Source: a virus
Length of the DNA stretch: 64,000 nucleotides
Virus record (IMG/VR): IMGVR_UViG_3300044811_000031
Span: 1-64,000 of that record
Reading direction: 5' to 3' (one strand)
This document shows, one piece after another, positions 19,410 through 29,180 of this stretch. How positions within the stretch are numbered: position 1 is the first letter of the stretch; each line of letters begins with the position of its first letter. Made by a program: the position numbers and the translations under genes. The notes below the pieces were generated by a model, which was given only the letters and a program-made list of their open reading frames with translations, was not told where the DNA came from and did not search any database.

Positions 19410-19792
19410 GCGAACCAGATGGACACCACGACACCGATCGCCCCCACGATCCCGAGGATGATCGACAGCAGGCCGCTCCGGCCGAGGGTCGCTCCTGCCA
19501 GTTGGTCAGCCCGTTTGGCCAGCTCGGTGACCACCTTCTCCAGAGCTTCCAGCTGGTCGCTGGTGGCGATGCCGGTGCGCAGCTCGTTCAGCAGCTCGAA
19601 CCGCTTGTCCGCACTCAGCTCCGCCTTCAGCACGGCCTCCTTCGCCGCGAGCAGCGCCGCCTGCACTGCCCGGTCGGCCGAGGAGAGGGCTGCGTCCAGA
19701 GCCTTCTGACTGGCCTCGTAACGCTGCTCGTACCTCCGGTCCCGCTCGTCTATGACGTCGCGCAGATGAGCGATGTCCCGATCGTCTGTCAT
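19400..19792 (-). CDS. Coiled-coil protein with C-terminal TM
   Basis: Helical E/K/A-rich body, hydrophobic tail; GGAG RBS. Confidence 0.65.
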   Translation of the reverse strand: MTDDRDIAHLRDVIDERDRRYEQRYEASQKALDAALSSADRAVQAALLAAKEAVLKAELSADKRFELLNELRTGIATSDQLEALEKVVTELAKRADQLAGATLGRSGLLSIILGIVGAIGVVVSIWFATH

Positions 19793-19868
19793 CGATCTGA
19801 CCTGCTCCCGTGAGGTGTTTCCGTAGATCGACGGTACCCTGACCCCGACCGAGGGCCGGGAGGATCAC

Positions 19869-21749
19869 ATGCCGTGGTACAACGCGCTGGGTATCGGCCG
19901 TAAGCCGCAGCCCACGCAGAAGGACGTAGAGCAGAGGATCTTCGACGCCCTGACCGCTGCCGCCGCCCCCGTCCGGGGCCCGCAGAGCCAGTTCCTCCAG
20001 CACACGCAGGAGTGGCAGAACGAGGCGTGGGCCTACTACGACAGCCTGGGCGAGTTCAGCGCCGCTGCCGACTGGCTGTCCAACATGCTCAGCCGGGTCC
20101 GCCTGCGGGCAGCCGAGATCAGCCCCGACCTGGACGAGCCGACCATCACCGACAAGGGTGCGGCAGCAGAGATCATGGGCTCGCTCGCCGGGGGCGTCGG
20201 TGGCCAGGCCAGCATCATGCGTAACCTGTCCCTCCAGCTCACCGTGCCGGGCGACTGCTACCTGATCGGAGAGGGCGACGTCGGGTCCGAGCAGTGGACC
20301 ATCCGCTCGATCGATGAGGTCCGCGTCCAGAGCGGAAAGTACCAGGTCGTCACCGACCGCATCCCCAACATCACCTGGTCCGATCTGCCCTCCGGCGCGC
20401 TGCCGGTACGCGTATGGCGCCCCCACCCCCGCTACTACCACCTGGCCAACTCGACCAGCCGCGCGGCCCTCGGAGCCATGCGCGAGCTGGAACTCGCCAA
20501 CCGGAAGATCGTGGCTCAGTACCTCAGCCGCCTGGCGTCCGCCGGTGTGCTCGTGCTGCCGAACGAGGTCACCTTCCCGGTGCGCGAGGAGTTCGAGGAT
20601 GCGCCCGATCCCTTCACCGCAGAGTGGATCGAGATCGCGGCCGAGGCCATCCGCACGCCGGGCACGGCCAGCGCCGTCATCCCGATTCCGATCAAGGTCC
20701 CGGCCGAGTACGTCGACAAGATCCGCCACATCGACTTCACGCTGAAGATCGATGAGAAGGACATCGAGCGCCGCGAGAGCGCCATCGCCCGGCTGGCCAA
20801 CAAGCTCGACATCCCGGCCGAGGTGCTCACCGGCCTGGGCAAGGTGAACCACTGGACGGCCTGGCAGCTGGACGAGGGGGCCCTCAAGACCCACATCGCC
20901 CCTCTGTCGGAGATGATCTGCGACAGCCTGACGCGTGGCTACCTGCATCCCCGGCTCAAGGCTTCGGGCATGTCCGACAAGGAGGTCGCTCAGTACGCCG
21001 TCTGGTACGACATGAGCGAGCTGGCCAACCGGCCGGACAAGAGCAAGAACGCCTTCGATGCGTACGACCGCCTGGAGCTGTCGGGTGCAGCGCTCCGGCG
21101 CGAGGGCGGCTTCGATGAGGACGACGCCCCCAACGACGAGGATCTGAAGAACCAGGCCCTCAAGGTGATCATCCATACCCTGCCGTCCGGTGCCATGTCG
21201 GCCCTGGCGCAGCTGATCAACGACCCGTCTCTCCAGCCGATCGTCCCGGTCGCCCCGCAGGCTCCCGACGTCGCCCAGAAGACCCAGGAGGGCCAGACTC
21301 CCGACACGACTCCGGTCTCCGCCGAGAGCCCCGCCGCGAGCGGGTCGGCACCATCGGCCAAGGGGGAGTCGAAGCCTCCGGAGAAGGGAGCCTCGCCCGG
21401 TCCTCCCGCCAAGGGAGAGCCCCCGGCCGACCAGACCAAGGCCAAGGCCGACCGTCTGCTCCAGCAGGCCAAGGCCACCCACGCCGTGCGCTTCAGCGCT
21501 GCGCGCGGGGCGGTGCTGCTCCATCCGCCGCTCTGTGCGGTGGCCGCCTACAGCTGCCCCCACTGGCATGCCGCGACCACGAACACCCCTGGCCAGCTCG
21601 CCTCGGGGACGTACGAGTCCCGGCTCGACGCCGCCGGGCGGATCACCGTCGGCCGTCCGGCTCCCGAGCTGGACACCCGTGAGTGGATCGTCACGCCCGT
21701 CCACTCCCTGACGGCGAAGGGGGCCAAGCGTGACCTCGTCCGTAGTTGA
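19869..21749 (+). CDS. Portal protein
   Basis: Position after TerL; WQNEAWAYYD, SRLASAGVLVLP, NHWTAWQLDE actinophage portal motifs. Confidence 0.8.
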   Translation: MPWYNALGIGRKPQPTQKDVEQRIFDALTAAAAPVRGPQSQFLQHTQEWQNEAWAYYDSLGEFSAAADWLSNMLSRVRLRAAEISPDLDEPTITDKGAAAEIMGSLAGGVGGQASIMRNLSLQLTVPGDCYLIGEGDVGSEQWTIRSIDEVRVQSGKYQVVTDRIPNITWSDLPSGALPVRVWRPHPRYYHLANSTSRAALGAMRELELANRKIVAQYLSRLASAGVLVLPNEVTFPVREEFEDAPDPFTAEWIEIAAEAIRTPGTASAVIPIPIKVPAEYVDKIRHIDFTLKIDEKDIERRESAIARLANKLDIPAEVLTGLGKVNHWTAWQLDEGALKTHIAPLSEMICDSLTRGYLHPRLKASGMSDKEVAQYAVWYDMSELANRPDKSKNAFDAYDRLELSGAALRREGGFDEDDAPNDEDLKNQALKVIIHTLPSGAMSALAQLINDPSLQPIVPVAPQAPDVAQKTQEGQTPDTTPVSAESPAASGSAPSAKGESKPPEKGASPGPPAKGEPPADQTKAKADRLLQQAKATHAVRFSAARGAVLLHPPLCAVAAYSCPHWHAATTNTPGQLASGTYESRLDAAGRITVGRPAPELDTREWIVTPVHSLTAKGAKRDLVRS

Positions 21750-23718
21750 GCAGCTGCACCAGGGCGGACACCACGTGCAGAAGGCCCACGGCCGCCGGGC
21801 AACCAAGCTCGCAGCCGACGGAAGCCACCTGTCCGGCGGGATGATTGCCCTCATGCCCACGGCGGCCGACGCCAAGCGGCTCGCCGTGGGTGGTGGGGAA
21901 CAGGCGTCAGAGCTGCACCTGACGCTGTTCTTCCTCGGTGACGACATGACCCTCTGGAGCGACGACCAGAAGGCTGAGCTGATCGACCATCTGCGCGGCC
22001 TGTCAATCCTCCAGATCGAGGGCACGATCAAGGCGAACATCTTCGGCATCGCCCACTGGAACGCGGGCGGCGACAGCCCCAGCTGGGTGTGGTCCGTCGG
22101 CGACTCGCCGGACAGCACTCCTCTCCAGCGGGCCAAGTCGGTGGCGGTGGAGGCTGTCGAGACGGTCAATGATCGGCCCGAGGTGCCCGTGCAGCACACT
22201 CCCTGGGTCGCTCATATCTGTGCCGCATACACGGACGACCTCAGCCTGGCCAAGACGCTGGAGCAGCGGCTCGGGCCGGTGGAGTTCGACCGGGTCCGCG
22301 TCAGCTTCGGCGACGAGGACACAGACATCCCTCTAGTGAAGGGGTTCACCGCCTCTGGCGTGCTGCGCCGCCAGCCCAACGAGGCTGAGCAGGGCGTCGA
22401 CTTCGAGCTGCTCCAGTCGGTGTGGGCGGCCGGAGTGGACGACGTCCTCCCCAGCCTGAGCGAGGCCATGGGCAAGTGGCGGGACTCCATCACCACGCAG
22501 ATCGCGGAGGTGGTCGACGGGGGCAACCTCGGGAAGCTGGCCCGCGTCTCCGTGGACCCCGGGGAGGCTGCCAGCCTGCTGTACGAGCAGATGCGCTCCG
22601 TCGCTCAGCAGGCCGGTGAGCAGGCTCAGCGGGAGGCTGAGGCGCAGGGCGTCAAGGTCAAGAAGTGGACGCTCACCGGCCGCAAGGAGCGGCTGATGCG
22701 CCGCACGGCCGACGCCATGACCGACATCATGGCCAGCTCTATGATCATGACGGCGAAGCGGCGTGCCCTGGCCAGCTACGGGCCCGACCGGAGCGGCGTC
22801 CAAGTCGCCAAGGAGGTCGAGCAGCAGCTCACCGACCTCAGCGACGCCGTGCCCCGGGAGGCCGTGGGCGCCTCCCTGACCGCAGCCCAGAACGCCGGGC
22901 GCCGGGCCGTACTGGAGTCCGCCCCGCCGGGCGAGTACTACGCCAGCGAGATCCTCGACAAGAGCACCTGCAAGCTCTGCCGCAAGATCGACGGCCAGCA
23001 GTTCGACAGCCTCGACAAGGCGTACGCCGACTACCCCACCGGTGGCTACCGCAAGTGCTCCGGCATGCTGCGCTGCCGGGGGATGGTCGTCGGCCGGTGG
23101 CCCGCGCAGGAGGCCGAGGTCCCCGCCGGGCCCGCGCTGGGCCAGCCCGGCTACCACGCCCTCCACCCGGGCAACGTGGGCCTGGGGCTGCGCCAGCTCA
23201 ACCCTCCCCGGGGCGGCATGGTCGGCTCTCCGGGCTTCTCCGAGGACCAGCACTACGCTGCCATGGCCAACTACGTGGACGACAGCCACGACATCAACGA
23301 GTGGCTGCGCAACCGGAACCTGCCCAGCGGCCGGGACCAGCAGAGCGTCGAGCACGACATCCACGCCCTTGACGACCTGATCGCCATCCAGCCTCTGCTG
23401 ACCGAGGCCCGCGAGGTGTACCGGGGCATGAGCCCGGTCGACCTCAACATCGGCGACGAGTTCCACGATCCGGGCTTCTCCAGCGCCACGGACGAGCGGG
23501 AGATCGCAGAGATCTTCACCATGCGCTCCAAGTTCCAGGGCAAGGGCCAGGGCAAGATCCTCAACATCAATCTGCCGGTGGGTTCGCGAGCGCTGGAGAT
23601 GTACACCGTGGCCAAGCCCGGCGACGACCACGAGAGCGAGTGGATCTTCCCTCCGGGCTCGCAGTTCAAGGTCACCGGCGTGACCCCCGACGGGTACGAC
23701 GTGGAGCTGATCGTATGA
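21730..23718 (+). CDS. 2H phosphoesterase - MuF-like head protein - ADP-ribosyltransferase fusion
   Basis: LHLTL and AHICAAY (2H pair); ASEILDKSTCKLC...CSGMLRCRG (MuF-like); YRG, FSSAT, ESE (ART). Confidence 0.75.
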   Translation: MTSSVVEQLHQGGHHVQKAHGRRATKLAADGSHLSGGMIALMPTAADAKRLAVGGGEQASELHLTLFFLGDDMTLWSDDQKAELIDHLRGLSILQIEGTIKANIFGIAHWNAGGDSPSWVWSVGDSPDSTPLQRAKSVAVEAVETVNDRPEVPVQHTPWVAHICAAYTDDLSLAKTLEQRLGPVEFDRVRVSFGDEDTDIPLVKGFTASGVLRRQPNEAEQGVDFELLQSVWAAGVDDVLPSLSEAMGKWRDSITTQIAEVVDGGNLGKLARVSVDPGEAASLLYEQMRSVAQQAGEQAQREAEAQGVKVKKWTLTGRKERLMRRTADAMTDIMASSMIMTAKRRALASYGPDRSGVQVAKEVEQQLTDLSDAVPREAVGASLTAAQNAGRRAVLESAPPGEYYASEILDKSTCKLCRKIDGQQFDSLDKAYADYPTGGYRKCSGMLRCRGMVVGRWPAQEAEVPAGPALGQPGYHALHPGNVGLGLRQLNPPRGGMVGSPGFSEDQHYAAMANYVDDSHDINEWLRNRNLPSGRDQQSVEHDIHALDDLIAIQPLLTEAREVYRGMSPVDLNIGDEFHDPGFSSATDEREIAEIFTMRSKFQGKGQGKILNINLPVGSRALEMYTVAKPGDDHESEWIFPPGSQFKVTGVTPDGYDVELIV

Positions 23719-24416
23719 CCGACAAGCCGAAGGCTCGTATGGCGATCAGGGACGCCCCTCGCTTCGTCTGGCAGCCCGACGAGATCGTGATCCGCCGGGC
23801 GCCCGCTCCGGTCGCTGCCGCTGCCGAGACCGTGGATCTCCACGGCACCCGGGGCGACCCCGGGTACGGCTCCATGCACCCCGGCAATGCGGGCAAGGGC
23901 AAGGAGCGCCTGGACTCCGGCGGCATGGTCGGCAGCCCCGACTACACCGCCAAGGAGCATCAGGACGCGCTGTCCGACTACACCATCGACACGCTGGACG
24001 TCGGCACCTACCTGCGCACCGGCGAGACCAACCCCGGCGCCGACACCGAGAAGCTGAAGCGGCAGATCGACGTCCTGAGCGACCTCATCGACGTCCAGGA
24101 CCGGACCGGGGAGGACCAGACCCTCTACCGGGGCGCCAAATCCATGCCCGACCTGGTCGTGGGGGACGTCTTCCACGACCGGTCGTTCACGAGTACGTCG
24201 ACTGCGGAGCGCCAGGCCCAGAAGCACGTCAAGTCGTACAAAGGCCAGGGACAGCTCATCACGGTCCATCTCCCCGCCGGATCCAAGGGGCTCAAGGTGG
24301 CTGAGGTGGAGCCCTGGGGCGACAGCGAGAAGGAGTTCATACTCCCGGCGGGCACCAGGTTCCGGGTGACCGGCCGGTCACCCGACGGGGGTCTGCAAGT
24401 CGAGGTGATCGAATGA
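23715..24416 (+). CDS. ADP-ribosyltransferase (VIP2-like, R-S-E)
   Basis: LYRG, FTSTS, EKEFILPAGTRFRV. Confidence 0.8.
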   Translation: MTDKPKARMAIRDAPRFVWQPDEIVIRRAPAPVAAAAETVDLHGTRGDPGYGSMHPGNAGKGKERLDSGGMVGSPDYTAKEHQDALSDYTIDTLDVGTYLRTGETNPGADTEKLKRQIDVLSDLIDVQDRTGEDQTLYRGAKSMPDLVVGDVFHDRSFTSTSTAERQAQKHVKSYKGQGQLITVHLPAGSKGLKVAEVEPWGDSEKEFILPAGTRFRVTGRSPDGGLQVEVIE

Positions 24417-26128
24417 CCAGCGATGCCCAGCGGCGGATGTCCTGGCTTCCTGGGGATATCGTGCTGGAACCCGGCGCTCCCCGTAAGGAGAGCCTGTCAG
24501 CCGACCAGCAGGGAGGGCCCGTGCCCTGGCACAAGGTCCAGAACCATTCTGAGTGCTCAGCGGACAAGCCCTGGGCCGTAGTGAAGGACTCCGACGGATC
24601 CGTGGCCGGGTGCCACGCCTCCGAGGGCGATGCCGACAGTCAGCTGGCCGCTCTCTACGCCAACGAAGGGAAGGCGACCACCGTGGCCGAAGAGCTTGGC
24701 GGGAAGCCGACAGAAGGTACCAAGAAGGACAAGCGGCTGAAGCCGAACAAGATGGCTGAGGAGCCGGTGGAGACCGAAGAGACCGAGCCCCTGACCCTGG
24801 GCCAGGTGGTCGAGCAGCAGCTCGCCGCGAAGGCCGCCGCCCTGGAGGCGCCCGCCATTCCCGAGGACGCCACCACCGCCCCCTGGAAGGGACCGCTCGC
24901 CGTCGAGGGCAAGGTCACCGGGGACGGACGGGAGTTCGCCGCCGACGCCCTCACCTGGGCAGAGCCCCCGCTCCCGCTCCGCTGGAACAAGGAGGACTCC
25001 CACGGTGGAGACCCCCACACCGTGGCGGTCAACGTCGGCCGCATCGACAAGGTCTACCGCGAGAGCGGCCTGATCATGGGCGAGGGCGTGCTCAACCTGG
25101 CGGAGACCGACGGCCAGCGGGTGCACGACATGATCAAGGGCGGCTTCATCCGGGGCGTGTCCATCGACGCCGACTCGATCAGCGATGCGCAGATCGAGTA
25201 CGTCATGCCCGAGGACACCCCCACCGGCGACGACGCCGATCTGTTCGACCTGCTGATGACCCAGCCCGAGAAGATCGTCTTCCACGGTGGGCGGATCAGG
25301 GCGGCGACCCTGTGCGACATCCCCGCCTTTGCCGAGGCGTACATCGCCCTCACCGACGACGAGGGTGCCATCGTCGCCGGAGGTGCCCCGACCGACAAGG
25401 TCCAGGTCCACTCGGTCTACGCCCGCACGGTCGACGGCCTGGTCGCTGACGCCGGTGGTCCCCGCGACACCAACTGGCTCCCCCCGGCCGAGTGGTTCTC
25501 CGACCCCAAGCTGTCCGTCCCCACCGGCATCACCGTGGACGACCACGGCCGCATCTACGGCCACGCGGCCATGTGGGGGGCGTGCCACATCGGGCAGGCC
25601 GACGTGTGCATCCAGCCGCCGCACGAGGACCAGCACCCGTACTACATGACCGGCGAGGTCAAGACCCGCGAGGGTGACCGGGTCGCCGTCGGGCAGATCA
25701 CCGTCGGCACGGGTCACGCGTCCCTCAGCCTGGGGGCGCAGCCCGCTGCCGAGCACTACGAGCACACCGGCCACGCCGTGGCGGACGTCGCTGTCGGCAA
25801 CGATGCCCACGGCATCTGGGTCGCCGGGTCCATCCGGCCGGGGGCCGACCCGCTGCTCGTCCACGAGCTGCGCGCCAGCGGTCAGGTCTCCGGAGACTGG
25901 CGTCGCATCGGTGGCCAGATGCGGATGGTCGGGCTGCTCGCGGTCAACATCCCCGGCTTCCCCGTGCCCCGGGCCCGGGCCCTGGTCTCCAGCGGATCGC
26001 AGGTCGCCCTGGTGGCCGCCGGTCGGCCGACCGTCGCCCATGCCAAGTCGGAGAAGGAGATCATCCAGCAGGCGTTCCGCGTGATGATGGACGGCATGGC
26101 TGGAATCGTTCATGAAGGGAGGGACTGA
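24413..26128 (+). CDS. Capsid maturation protease / head assembly protein
   Basis: Position before capsid; TGDGREF, GVSID, ATLCDIPAFAEA, SGDWRRIGG. Confidence 0.7.
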   Translation: MTSDAQRRMSWLPGDIVLEPGAPRKESLSADQQGGPVPWHKVQNHSECSADKPWAVVKDSDGSVAGCHASEGDADSQLAALYANEGKATTVAEELGGKPTEGTKKDKRLKPNKMAEEPVETEETEPLTLGQVVEQQLAAKAAALEAPAIPEDATTAPWKGPLAVEGKVTGDGREFAADALTWAEPPLPLRWNKEDSHGGDPHTVAVNVGRIDKVYRESGLIMGEGVLNLAETDGQRVHDMIKGGFIRGVSIDADSISDAQIEYVMPEDTPTGDDADLFDLLMTQPEKIVFHGGRIRAATLCDIPAFAEAYIALTDDEGAIVAGGAPTDKVQVHSVYARTVDGLVADAGGPRDTNWLPPAEWFSDPKLSVPTGITVDDHGRIYGHAAMWGACHIGQADVCIQPPHEDQHPYYMTGEVKTREGDRVAVGQITVGTGHASLSLGAQPAAEHYEHTGHAVADVAVGNDAHGIWVAGSIRPGADPLLVHELRASGQVSGDWRRIGGQMRMVGLLAVNIPGFPVPRARALVSSGSQVALVAAGRPTVAHAKSEKEIIQQAFRVMMDGMAGIVHEGRD

Positions 26129-26129
26129 C

Positions 26130-26195
26130 ATGTGCGGCTGCAACCAACCGGCTCCCCCGCCCCCGCCCGCGCCTCCGGCGCCCGACCACACCTGA
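26130..26195 (+). CDS. 21-aa MCGCN peptide
   Basis: GGAGG RBS; CGC-start peptides commonly follow this protease type. Confidence 0.45.
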   Translation: MCGCNQPAPPPPPAPPAPDHT

Positions 26196-26198
26196 TCA

Positions 26199-26240
26199 CC
26201 AGGAGCCCCATCGTTCACCCGGTGGGGCTCCTGGCTTTCC
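26199..26240 (+). terminator. Intrinsic terminator-like hairpin
   Basis: CCAGGAGCCCCA...TGGGGCTCCTGG then CTTT. Confidence 0.65.
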
Positions 26241-26374
26241 ATGGTCCGGATGGGCCTCAGCTTTATTTTCACTGGTCGAACTAAGTATATGATCTTTGGC
26301 TCCTGGGGATTTTTGCGCTACCTTGACCCCGACCAACATCCATTACGCTCTCCGCGTCTATGCCGGAGGTCCCC

Positions 26375-28180
26375 GTGCCCGAGCCGTTCGAGCCGTCCGC
26401 ACTCTTCCCCGCCCCGGATGACCTCGTTCCGGTCTCCGACGTGGATCTGTCCAATCTGGAGACCGAGGGGATCGCGGAGTTCGACCGCGTCCACGCGATC
26501 ACCGACTACACGCCGGAGATGGTGGCCTACGCCATGACTCTCCGCGAAGACCTCGACCGCATCAAGGCCGAGCTGAGCGCCCGTAAGGTCCGCGCGGACT
26601 CGACTGCCGCCGCAGCCAAGCTGCGTGCGCAGAAGACCATGACGGAACTCCAGGAGGCCGTGCACGGACCGGCGGAGGGAACTCCGGAGGGTGCGGCTCA
26701 CGAGACTGAGATGACCGCCAAGCGTGAGGACGCCATCGCTGCCGCAGCGGCCAAGGGTGCTACCGCAGCCCTGGTCCAGGTACTGGCCGACCGGCGCAAC
26801 GGAGCGGCCCTCACCGAGTCCGGCGCCCGCGCCGTGGCCTCCCTGAGCACGACCGCCGCCACGACCCCCAAGCCGAAGGCCCCGACCGCCAAGCTGGCCA
26901 TCACCGCCAGCGCCAACGGTTCGGACATCCCGAGCATGGAGGCCCTCGCCGCCGCGTTCATGGACAAGGCGACCAACATCCCCTCGACCTCGCTCGGACG
27001 CCAGGCCCCCCGTCACAAGGTCGCCAGCATCCGCAACGAGCACGCCCACACCGTGGACGACCGCCGCAACCCCATGCAGGTCCAGGAGATCTGGCGCGAG
27101 CTGGTCAACGGTGGCGGTGACACTGCCGAGGCTCTCGTCGCCGGTGGTGGCTGGTGTGCCCCGAACGAGATCATGTACGACTTCTTCAACATCGCCGGTC
27201 AGCCGAGGACCATCGACCTCCCGACCATCGGCGTGACGCGCGGCGGCATCCAGTTCCCGACGTCGCCCGCCATCGGTGATGTGTTCTTCCAGGCCGGTGG
27301 CAGCAACCCGGCCTCCGGCTTCGGCGGCTTCGCGTTCCCGTTCAACAACGCGTCCGACCCGTGGCTGTGGTCCGAGACCGATGACATCCTCACCGTCACC
27401 GGCTCCGTCAACAAGCCGACCCTCCGGATCCCGTGCTCGTCCTTCACCAGCCAGCGCCTTGAGGCCTACGGTCTCACCGTCACCGCTGGCAACCTGACCG
27501 ACAGCGCGTACCCCGAGCAGACGCAGAACTTCATCCGGCTGCTCCGTGCGGCCTACGCCCACGCGATCAACGCGCGGCTCATCGGCCTGATGGTCACCGC
27601 CTCCGGCGGTGCCAACACCGTCGGTGCGGTCACCACTGACGCAGCCGTGCCCCGCGTCCCGAACGCGGTCGGCCTGGCAGCGACGGACTACCGGACCCGC
27701 TTCGCCATGGACGAGAACGCGGTCCTTGAGGTCGTGCTCCCGTTCTGGCTCCTGGAGGTCATGCGTGCGGACCTCGGCTACAAGCCCGGCCTGAACAACC
27801 TGGCTCTCGCCGCCGCCACGGACGCCGAGATCATCGGCCTCTTCACGGCGAAGAACGTCCGCCCGCAGTTCGTCAGCGACTGGCAGGTGCGCGGAGCCAA
27901 CCAGCTCGGCAACGCGACCGTCCAGCTCGTGTGGCCTGCCTCGGTCCAGTTCATGCTCTACGCGGCCGGGACCTTCGTCCACGGCCAGGGCATGAGCCTC
28001 GACCTCGGTGTCGTCAGGGACTCGATCCTGAACGCGGAGAACGACTTCACCGCCGCATGGGCGGAGGAGACCCACCTGATCGCTCAGGTAGGCCACGCTT
28101 CCCGCCTGTACACCTGCGCCTTCCAGGTCAGCGGCCAGGTCGGCGGCGCAGTCGCCACGCCCAACGGCGCCCACGTCTGA
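26375..28180 (+). CDS. Major capsid protein (hexamer type) with N-terminal scaffold-like region
   Basis: LVAGGGWCAPNEIMYD, DLPTIGVTRGGI, LDLGVVRDSILN; GGAGGT RBS favours GTG 26375 over ATG 26360. Confidence 0.85.
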   Translation: MPEPFEPSALFPAPDDLVPVSDVDLSNLETEGIAEFDRVHAITDYTPEMVAYAMTLREDLDRIKAELSARKVRADSTAAAAKLRAQKTMTELQEAVHGPAEGTPEGAAHETEMTAKREDAIAAAAAKGATAALVQVLADRRNGAALTESGARAVASLSTTAATTPKPKAPTAKLAITASANGSDIPSMEALAAAFMDKATNIPSTSLGRQAPRHKVASIRNEHAHTVDDRRNPMQVQEIWRELVNGGGDTAEALVAGGGWCAPNEIMYDFFNIAGQPRTIDLPTIGVTRGGIQFPTSPAIGDVFFQAGGSNPASGFGGFAFPFNNASDPWLWSETDDILTVTGSVNKPTLRIPCSSFTSQRLEAYGLTVTAGNLTDSAYPEQTQNFIRLLRAAYAHAINARLIGLMVTASGGANTVGAVTTDAAVPRVPNAVGLAATDYRTRFAMDENAVLEVVLPFWLLEVMRADLGYKPGLNNLALAAATDAEIIGLFTAKNVRPQFVSDWQVRGANQLGNATVQLVWPASVQFMLYAAGTFVHGQGMSLDLGVVRDSILNAENDFTAAWAEETHLIAQVGHASRLYTCAFQVSGQVGGAVATPNGAHV

Positions 28181-28251
28181 TCCGCCCCCACATCCGCACA
28201 GGAGGGGCAGCTACCACCGCTGCCCCTCCCGGACAGGGAAGGTGGTGACCC

Positions 28252-29169
28252 ATGGCCGGACCGCGCATCGTTGTCGACGGACCGTCCTTCACCGCGCTCC
28301 CGTACGGTCTGTGGGACGCGGTCCAGAAGCCGACGGCTCCCAACTCGCACTGGCAGAACGGCATCACCTGGGTCGACCGTTGCGGTGGCGGTGACACGCT
28401 GTACGAGGAGTGCATCGCGGTCACCGGCACCGGCGGCGCGCCCACGGGCCAGGCCGCCAAGGTGAGCAACATCACCCAGACCAACCGGGGCGCCACCAGC
28501 TTCGCGGTGTACGCCGAGTTCGACTGCTCCGCCGTTGGCCTGACCGATGCCGAGACCGTAGCGGCCGACGCTCTGGCCCGGGTCGAGCAGTACCAGGTCG
28601 AGCGTGCGTTCTGGACCGGCATCGCCGGTAAGACGTCGTCCGGCGGGGTGCCGCAGACCACTGTGTTCCCCCACCTGGCGGCCGTCACCGCGATGACCGA
28701 CCCCAACGACAGCCGCATCACCCTCCAGACCGCCGCCACTCAGATCGTCACCGGCGGTGGGGACATCGCCCACCAGCTCGGCAACCTGGAAGCCCAGCTC
28801 GCCGATTGCTACCACGGCCAGGGTGTGATCCACGTCGCTCCCGAGGTCGTGGCGACCATGGCCGCCTGGGACCTCGCCGAGGACGACGGCAACGGCGCTC
28901 TGTACACCCCCCGGGGCAACAGGATCGTCGTCGGGGACGGCTACACCGGCGGCTCCCCGGTCGGCGGCGCGGCGGCCGACCAGACGAGCTGGATCTACGC
29001 CACCGGGGCTCTGTTCGGCTACCGCAGCGACATCTTCATCCCCGGCTCGACCATCGAGCAGTTCGACCGCGTCGAGAACACGTACCGTCTGATCGCCGAG
29101 CGCACCTATGTGATCGGCTTCGAGTGCTGCCACCTCGCCACGCTCGTCAATCTGGGCGTCCCCACATAA
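28252..29169 (+). CDS. Capsid-associated protein (pentamer-type)
   Basis: Directly after MCP; PYGLWD...HWQNGITW...AERTYVIGFEC. Confidence 0.6.
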   Translation: MAGPRIVVDGPSFTALPYGLWDAVQKPTAPNSHWQNGITWVDRCGGGDTLYEECIAVTGTGGAPTGQAAKVSNITQTNRGATSFAVYAEFDCSAVGLTDAETVAADALARVEQYQVERAFWTGIAGKTSSGGVPQTTVFPHLAAVTAMTDPNDSRITLQTAATQIVTGGGDIAHQLGNLEAQLADCYHGQGVIHVAPEVVATMAAWDLAEDDGNGALYTPRGNRIVVGDGYTGGSPVGGAAADQTSWIYATGALFGYRSDIFIPGSTIEQFDRVENTYRLIAERTYVIGFECCHLATLVNLGVPT

Positions 29170-29180
29170 GGAGTTGAACC

